From Pseudomonadota bacterium (GTDB taxonomy: Bacteria > Bdellovibrionota_C > UBA2361 > OMII01), in NCBI GenBank assembly GCA_038134595.1, contig JAYPVM010000001.1, positions 64,001 through 128,000 of the forward strand: a stretch of DNA of 64,000 bases, written 5' to 3'. A program made the translations under genes and the position numbers. Under the pieces are notes generated by a model. The model made no database searches. It worked only from the letters and a program-made list of their open reading frames with translations, and had not been told where the DNA came from. Position 1 is the first letter of the stretch. Each line of letters begins with the position of its first letter. Shown in pieces: positions 57,874 to 64,000 of the stretch.

Positions 57874-60609
57874 TTACCCTTTTAATGCCCACTCTAAATT
57901 CTTTCGTATGGTTTTGTAATCACTCTCTTCTGGATATCCCAAAGTATCCTGCAACGCTCTTATTGTTGCTTTCCACCGAAGAGCCTTCCTGCGCTCCTCC
58001 TCTTTTCCTGCTGTATCTTTTTGATATCGTGTTGGGTCATCAGCGTACTGATTCGTGCGCTCGGCGAACTCTTTCAGGGGTTTCTCGAGGAGATCTCGTT
58101 GAGCTTTTCGCAAGCCTTCCACAAGCTCTCCAAATATCACATCATAGTTTTCAGAGGCTTTTTTGTCGGGGTTCTCAGCCTGCCAGTTTCCAATCTGACC
58201 AAAGAGCTTGCGCCTAAATGCTAGGCGTTCCTCTTCGCTCGAAAAATCAACTGAAGCGACAACTCTATCCTCAAAGTCCTCTAGGAGCTTCTGATTTGCT
58301 CCTCGCTCTCGCTCAGCTACGCGATGCTCGAGCGCTACTTCGGATGGGGACTTCCCTAACGAAACTCTAGCATGCTCAAGGTATCTCTTGATCGAAAACG
58401 TGCTTTCAGCTTCACTTGCTATTCCCATCGCCCTGTAAAAATCATCAAGAATCATCCGTCTCGCATAGGACTCGACATCCGAAAGGATTTCCCTCGGAGA
58501 AGGAATTGGAAAAAGCTCCTCAACATCCTTAGAAGCCTGCCGCCTGAAACCTTTTAGATCGCTGTCGCTAATCTCTCCGCCCTTTTTCTCGGCAGCTGCT
58601 CTTTTTGCCTCGACCCTCTGTTGAACTTGGCGCTCTTTTAGTTCCTTGATCCTTTGATAATAGGAAAAGCCCTCCACGTGTCGCTCAAGAACAGAGAGGG
58701 CCTCTAAAACGGTTATAGGCTCACCCATCCTTTGCACTGAAACCTCTCGCAAGAGATCCTGCGTATTTGCTGTCGAGATTCCAAAGCCTCCGTCGTACAA
58801 ACCTTTCCCTATCTCACCTTCGCCCAATGCATACTCAGTCGCTATTTTAGGGAGATACCTCCGTAAAATCCCGAGGTCATCCTGAGTCCAACGCTTTGCC
58901 TCGTCCTTCTTAAGCATATTTAGAGGAGACTTGACTCCGTCGCGTGGCTCCTGTAGCAACAAGGCTTTCTCCACCACGCTCATAGAGCGCAGCACGCTTG
59001 GCAGATCTTCATGCACGGGCTCAAACGCCTCAGGCGTAGGCCTTATGAGCCTTGTAGCCGTGACGAACAAAGATACTGAATCCAAAACATGCGGACAAAT
59101 TACTCGTGAGGTACCCACAATCGTGGAGAAAAAATCTCTATTAGCAGCCGCTTCAGATAAATATCGAGTCAGATGTGGCGCTGATATAAACTGTATTCTC
59201 CTACCGAGGGAATCCCAGCCAGGACCTCCCATCTTTGCACTAATTAAGTCATCGTTTGCATCCGCTCGTATGACAAGATTTACTTTTTCTCGCCTAATTG
59301 CCGCGGCCCGCTGGAGTGAAACTATCTCCGTATCTCCCGATTCAATCTCATTTAGCAGGTGGTTTAGGCTGGATATATCTTCGCGCGACCTGTCGTGGCC
59401 ATCTGGTCGAAAGAGATCTGAGAAGTGAAGATGGCCCCTATTGGCTCGTAACATAAAACTTTTGGGCATATAAATCTCTCGCTCTGCCGCCCGTATCTCT
59501 TCTGGCGGAGGGGCGTAAGCGCTGTAAAAAGGCTCAATATCAGCGTTCCTATTAGCGGTTCCGCTATAAGAACAAAGTCCTCTGCCCTGTCGACTAGACA
59601 AGGTGTAGCGCTCAATACGCGCATGGCTTCTTATAACCTCCCGAAACACCTCTCCTTCATCAACCGTCCTTGCCTCCTGCTCTTTACTTCGTCGAAGCTC
59701 CTCTCGATAAAAATCTACCAAAGAATCTAGGAGCGATTCAGAAAACGTGTCTAACTCTCCTCTCAGGAAGTAATCCACATTGAGGTCATCGGGCAGACGT
59801 CCATCTGCTGACAAAATAGAGAGCAGCTTGTCGCGCGGACCGTGATTGTCAAACGACTTAGCCAGTAGAAAAAGAGGATCGGTATTGCCCGTGGGCCTGT
59901 AAATGAGCTGCCCACCATGGAGGTCTTGTTGCTCTTCAACCCTTTGCTTTTCCGCCATTAGACTTGCAAAGCCAAACTGCTTCTTTCTTCCTCCCTCGGG
60001 AAAAACCCATACCAATCGGTACAACGCTCCCTTTGGGTTTAGCTCTGAGTAGTTTTCAAGCATTGCATCAATCGTATCATTGAGCCTTGTCTTTCCCGAC
60101 CCGGGAGGGCCATGAAAGACAAACATGCGATTGGCAGATTCCCGACGGCCAAACATCTTCATCTGCTGGTAAAAGTCGTAGAGAGCTAATTCTTGCCCCT
60201 CCAAGATCTTGCGATCTCGCACTAACGTTGACTCCCAAGGCCATTCTCTAAACGAAAAATCTCGTATCTCTCTTCCAAGGATAGTCTTATCCTCAAAGCC
60301 AAAAGACTCCATTGCGTCAGCTGTATATTGAAAGGCATTTCTAATATGATGCCGCGGATCCTTCAGAACAAGACCGATAAAGTCAGATAGTTTTAGATGC
60401 TGACAGGCTATACCGGCCTTTTTTTCCTCAACACTCCTAAACTCCTGCAGAACCGCTTTAGTCGCATCTCCGAAATCTTTATCTTCTATTGCTGAAGTAG
60501 GTCTAGAACTAGCGGAGGCTTCTCCAAGGTGCGGGGAAGAAAATTGTACACCTCGCCCTTTTTCTCCATCTGCATTTTCGCCTTTATTTTCAGAGCTAGA
60601 ATGAATCAT
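57874..60609 (-). CDS. Divergent second PrkA-like AAA+ protein (911 aa)
   Basis: RNAFQY, Walker A GPPGSGKT, RANRG, ICPH and YDGGFGIS, collinear with PrkA. Confidence 0.8.
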   Translation of the reverse strand: MIHSSSENKGENADGEKGRGVQFSSPHLGEASASSRPTSAIEDKDFGDATKAVLQEFRSVEEKKAGIACQHLKLSDFIGLVLKDPRHHIRNAFQYTADAMESFGFEDKTILGREIRDFSFREWPWESTLVRDRKILEGQELALYDFYQQMKMFGRRESANRMFVFHGPPGSGKTRLNDTIDAMLENYSELNPKGALYRLVWVFPEGGRKKQFGFASLMAEKQRVEEQQDLHGGQLIYRPTGNTDPLFLLAKSFDNHGPRDKLLSILSADGRLPDDLNVDYFLRGELDTFSESLLDSLVDFYREELRRSKEQEARTVDEGEVFREVIRSHARIERYTLSSRQGRGLCSYSGTANRNADIEPFYSAYAPPPEEIRAAEREIYMPKSFMLRANRGHLHFSDLFRPDGHDRSREDISSLNHLLNEIESGDTEIVSLQRAAAIRREKVNLVIRADANDDLISAKMGGPGWDSLGRRIQFISAPHLTRYLSEAAANRDFFSTIVGTSRVICPHVLDSVSLFVTATRLIRPTPEAFEPVHEDLPSVLRSMSVVEKALLLQEPRDGVKSPLNMLKKDEAKRWTQDDLGILRRYLPKIATEYALGEGEIGKGLYDGGFGISTANTQDLLREVSVQRMGEPITVLEALSVLERHVEGFSYYQRIKELKERQVQQRVEAKRAAAEKKGGEISDSDLKGFRRQASKDVEELFPIPSPREILSDVESYARRMILDDFYRAMGIASEAESTFSIKRYLEHARVSLGKSPSEVALEHRVAERERGANQKLLEDFEDRVVASVDFSSEEERLAFRRKLFGQIGNWQAENPDKKASENYDVIFGELVEGLRKAQRDLLEKPLKEFAERTNQYADDPTRYQKDTAGKEEERRKALRWKATIRALQDTLGYPEESDYKTIRKNLEWALKG

Positions 60610-60738
60610 GCAACTTCTTAAAAACGTCTTACGCCAAGTACAACCGTCTCAGCGTACCACCAAGAATGATTTCTAAGAAGAGCTTTTTTAAAACAGCGGT
60701 GCGACTACTTTTTTCTTTTGCTATGAAGAAGAAATATT

Positions 60739-61257
60739 TTATGCTGAAAAGTTTTCGGGTCTATTTGCAAAAAAATTTTCTACCAAATCTACGCTTCCTG
60801 AAAGCATTGTATCTCCATCAAACACAAAGCGTCCCTCAAAGAGTCGCTTTTCGAGCAAATGTGGTAACCACTCGCGATCATCGACCCACATGCGTTCATA
60901 AGGAAGATCATCAACCGAATTCCAAAAAGGAATCGCCTCATCACTCTCTTTAGGCTCTCCTTTATGACTCTCTGCCCGGAAGACCCAGCATTCAAGTCTT
61001 AGTCCATCTACAAACGCAAAGCGTAAATTCCCAACCCTCATCAAGTCATGCGGCGTGACCGATACCTCCTCTTGAAGTTCTCGGACTGCTGCTTCTTCAG
61101 GAGTCTCTCCAGGCTCTAATCGTCCTCCAGGTGCATTCACTTTTCCGGCGCCTAAACCGCGGAGCTTCTCTATTAGGAGGAGGCTATCACCCTTTACGAC
61201 AAAGCAGAGCACGGCCGTTTCTGTAGGAGACCACGCTGACCAATTGAAATCTTTCAT
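60739..61257 (-). CDS. NUDIX hydrolase, 8-oxo-dGTPase (MutX/NUDT1-like)
   Basis: GGRLEPGETPEEAAVRELQEE Nudix box, KLRGLGAG and MWVDDREW. Confidence 0.9.
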   Translation of the reverse strand: MKDFNWSAWSPTETAVLCFVVKGDSLLLIEKLRGLGAGKVNAPGGRLEPGETPEEAAVRELQEEVSVTPHDLMRVGNLRFAFVDGLRLECWVFRAESHKGEPKESDEAIPFWNSVDDLPYERMWVDDREWLPHLLEKRLFEGRFVFDGDTMLSGSVDLVENFFANRPENFSA

Positions 61258-61285
61258 ATTGCTTGTCACCTTCAAAGAAGTTTCT

Positions 61286-61801
61286 CTAGTCAGGAATTTC
61301 TACAAATTGCACATCTCCTGAGCGCGGGTCTAAGAATGCGATACTAAAATCAAGCGCGGCAAAAAGTGCTCCGGGGTTGATAATCTTGGTTATACCAACG
61401 GTCTCCGCTCGCCTCTCATGCGTATGACCATGAAGGACGTAATCATACTCCTGCCTAGAAACAGCATCGTCTATCACTGACATCCGTGTTCCGTGATTGA
61501 CAAAAAAATTCTTTCCCGCGAATTCAAAAATAGCGGTATCCTCGATCGGGGAAAAATGCAGCTCCTCACATTTCTTCTTTAGCCCTGACCGCTCTCCATC
61601 GTTATTTCCGAATACAAAGCGCATGGGCAGTCCCTCAAATCGCTCTACAACCGGAGGAGAGATGATATCGCCGCAATGAATAACAAGCGCTGGATTACGC
61701 TCTTTTATTACTGTTATAGCGCGAGATATCATCCTAATGTCCTCGTGCGTATCTGAGATAATAGCAACTAAATCACACATGGATTTATTCGAGTGCTCCA
61801 T
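61286..61801 (-). CDS. YfcE/MJ0936-family metallophosphoesterase
   Basis: SDTH, HCGD, GNND, HG, GHTH and NPGA. Confidence 0.92.
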   Translation of the reverse strand: MEHSNKSMCDLVAIISDTHEDIRMISRAITVIKERNPALVIHCGDIISPPVVERFEGLPMRFVFGNNDGERSGLKKKCEELHFSPIEDTAIFEFAGKNFFVNHGTRMSVIDDAVSRQEYDYVLHGHTHERRAETVGITKIINPGALFAALDFSIAFLDPRSGDVQFVEIPD

Positions 61802-61914
61802 TTCGAATTACTTCAGTCAGTTCTCGGCGACTTGCCGTAGTTAGCCTGAGAAACTCTTGGAGAAAACGCTTACCGAGCCTTCTCCTTAGACGTAAGGCCC
61901 GCACCTTGGAGGCT

Positions 61915-62244
61915 CTACTTCTCAACTTCAAAGTGGATCAACTGATCCCTAAACGGATCATCTGTAAACACTCCGCCTATAAGAATTGCTAGCAGAACAA
62001 ACGGTAGGAGAATGTATATCCAAAGAATCTTGTTCTCATATTTTCCATGCATAAACACTAAAATAACCAGTGAGGCCTTCATAGAAGCTATAATTAACGC
62101 TCCTACGATATTCCACTTGCCGAGATCAACCTGCGCTGCAGCCACGGTTAAAACCGTAAGGCAAAGAAGTGCGATTAGAATTTTCGTAAAAGTGCTGACG
62201 GGAACTACATGTCCCTCTTCATCATGAGATTGAGAATGTTCCAT
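61915..62244 (-). CDS. Cytochrome c oxidase subunit IV
   Basis: LTVLTV and KASLVILVFMH; AGGAG RBS before ATG 62244. Confidence 0.9.
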   Translation of the reverse strand: MEHSQSHDEEGHVVPVSTFTKILIALLCLTVLTVAAAQVDLGKWNIVGALIIASMKASLVILVFMHGKYENKILWIYILLPFVLLAILIGGVFTDDPFRDQLIHFEVEK

Positions 62245-62275
62245 TGTGAATGTCTCCTGTGAATATCTACAAAAC

Positions 62276-62935
62276 TTATCCAACTAGATAGAGTAGAGGG
62301 AATAGGTAGATCCAAATAAGGTCAACCAAATGCCAATACAGCGCGCTTAGCTCTACGGGTGTGTAGTACTTGCCTGAGAACCTATTGTTCATCGCAGGGC
62401 GAACACCGTAGAGGTACATGACAACCATTCCGATAATTACGTGTAGAGCATGAAGCCCCGTCATGCAGTAGTAGATACCGAGGAAGTTCTTGTACTCATA
62501 GAAATTCTCATTCCATACAAACGGGAACATTCCGTGATGAGCTTTTCCAGAATACTCGAATGTTTTAACAGCAAGGAAGATAAAGCCGCAAAGAATGCTT
62601 ATACCAAAGTTCTTAACTACTGCCTTATTATCTCCAAGCTGCGCTTTGGTGACCGCTACCGCAGCCGTATAGCTTGAAAACAGAAGCACCGCCGTGTTGA
62701 AGGCTCCTGCCCAAAGGTAGAGATGATGACTGGCATCATGAAACTCCTCTAGGTGGTAGTAGCGCATCAGAGCGAAGCTACAGAACATAACAGCGAAAAG
62801 AAGAACCTCTGTTGCTAGAAACAACCACATTCCCAATTTAGCCGCTCCATAGGCCGTTTTGCTGTCCATGTGATGGATGTGTGGCGGCTCTCCCGGAGGT
62901 ACGTTGTGATCAACTATTGCTGCATTTGAACTCAT
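62276..62935 (-). CDS. ctaE: Cytochrome c oxidase subunit III
   Basis: GMWLFLATE, TGLHALHV and YWHLVDLIW. Confidence 0.95.
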   Translation of the reverse strand: MSSNAAIVDHNVPPGEPPHIHHMDSKTAYGAAKLGMWLFLATEVLLFAVMFCSFALMRYYHLEEFHDASHHLYLWAGAFNTAVLLFSSYTAAVAVTKAQLGDNKAVVKNFGISILCGFIFLAVKTFEYSGKAHHGMFPFVWNENFYEYKNFLGIYYCMTGLHALHVIIGMVVMYLYGVRPAMNNRFSGKYYTPVELSALYWHLVDLIWIYLFPLLYLVG

Positions 62936-62979
62936 AACTTCCCTGTGTTTGTTTTGCTATCCTTATTCCCTATGCTGCA

Positions 62980-64000
62980 TTACGCGTGATTACCGGTTGG
63001 TGTTCCATATCCATACGGATCCTCATCAACAACTGGAATCTCTTCAAAGTTTTCGTGAATTGGCGGTGACGCAGTTTGCCACTCAAGGCTCACCGAATTG
63101 TACGGATTACGCGGCGCCTTTACCTTACCAAACTTGGCTGTCCAAGCTAGATTCACAAGGGCAAACATGTATCCAAAGCCATTGATGAACGCACCAACTG
63201 TAGAGAGCGTGTGAAGCGATTCGTACTGAGGTGGATAGTCGTAATACCGACGAGGCATTCCGTCCATTCCAAGAATAAACTGAGGAATGAATGTTAAGTT
63301 AAACCCAAAGAACAGAAGTGCAAAGGCTGTTTTTGAAGCAGTCTCGTTATACATTTTTCCGGTCATCTTCGGGAACCAGAAGTGCAACGCGGCAATAAGC
63401 CCGATCACAGCTCCACCCTGAATCGTGTAGTGAAAGTGAGCCACCACAAAGTACGTGTCGTGATAGTAGACATCAACGCCGAGCATCGCCAGGTAGATCC
63501 CTGTAGTTCCGGCTACCATGAAAAGGAACACAAATCCCATCGCATACAACATCGGTGTCGCAAACGATATCGAGCCTTTGTACATGGTGCTCACCCAGTT
63601 AAATACCTTGATAGCCGTTGGTACAGCTACTAAGAACGTCACGAACGAGAAGAGCTTTGCAGAGAAATCGGAGATACCTGCAACAAACATGTGATGCGCC
63701 CATACAACGAAACCAACTGCGGCAATCAACATAGAGGAGATAACCACAAGCTTGTATCCAAAAAGCGGCTTTCTTGAGAAGACGGGGATAATTTCACCCA
63801 CAACTCCAAACGCTGGTAACACCATGATGTACACAACGGGATGGGAGTAGAACCAGAATAAATGCTCCATGAGAACTGGATCGCCACCCTTTGTCGGATC
63901 AAAAATTCCAGCGCCAAACATGCGCTCTGCTATTACGAGCAAAAGCGTCATACCTACTACAGGAGTTGCAACAGTCTGAATAATTGCGGTTGCGTAAGAT
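62980..64000 (-). CDS. ctaD: Cytochrome c oxidase subunit I, type A2 (5' end outside the window)
   Basis: GGDP, WFYSHPVVY (the YS motif of A2 oxidases), WAHH, AHFH and GMPRRY; frame open to the right edge. Confidence 0.97.
   Translation of the reverse strand, partial: SYATAIIQTVATPVVGMTLLLVIAERMFGAGIFDPTKGGDPVLMEHLFWFYSHPVVYIMVLPAFGVVGEIIPVFSRKPLFGYKLVVISSMLIAAVGFVVWAHHMFVAGISDFSAKLFSFVTFLVAVPTAIKVFNWVSTMYKGSISFATPMLYAMGFVFLFMVAGTTGIYLAMLGVDVYYHDTYFVVAHFHYTIQGGAVIGLIAALHFWFPKMTGKMYNETASKTAFALLFFGFNLTFIPQFILGMDGMPRRYYDYPPQYESLHTLSTVGAFINGFGYMFALVNLAWTAKFGKVKAPRNPYNSVSLEWQTASPPIHENFEEIPVVDEDPYGYGTPTGNHA

Overview
A 64-kb stretch of a Gram-negative bacterial chromosome, tentatively Bdellovibrionota/deltaproteobacteria-like (inferred from an A2-type oxidase, split pntA, paired PrkA and a double-Lrp regulator). 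Most of it is housekeeping: rlmE-mlaEFDC-rnhA, feoAB, nadE-nadD-pntA1A2B, an RND pump, anmK, ClC, uup, ogt and a cox operon. Accessory parts are a partly decayed glycan-modification island (about 29.5-36.4 kb), several large orphan genes, and a prkA2-spoVR-yeaH-prkA cassette. I recognised no rRNA, tRNA, CRISPR array, transposase or reverse transcriptase. The best leads are: (1) an orphan gene (49584-50303, -) whose last 42 codons look like a diversity-generating-retroelement variable region, with a downstream G/T tract and hairpin but no TR or RT in the window; (2) a fusion of an adenosine-deaminase domain and a SLOG/LOG-like domain directly downstream of the two-AAA+ PrkA cassette; (3) recurrent polar N-terminal extensions on the cassette and orphan proteins. 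Two genes missing from the ORF track were recovered by hand: a >=750-aa ORF running off the left edge and a 45-aa FeoB-associated Cys-rich peptide. All family calls come from motif recognition by eye; no database searches were run.
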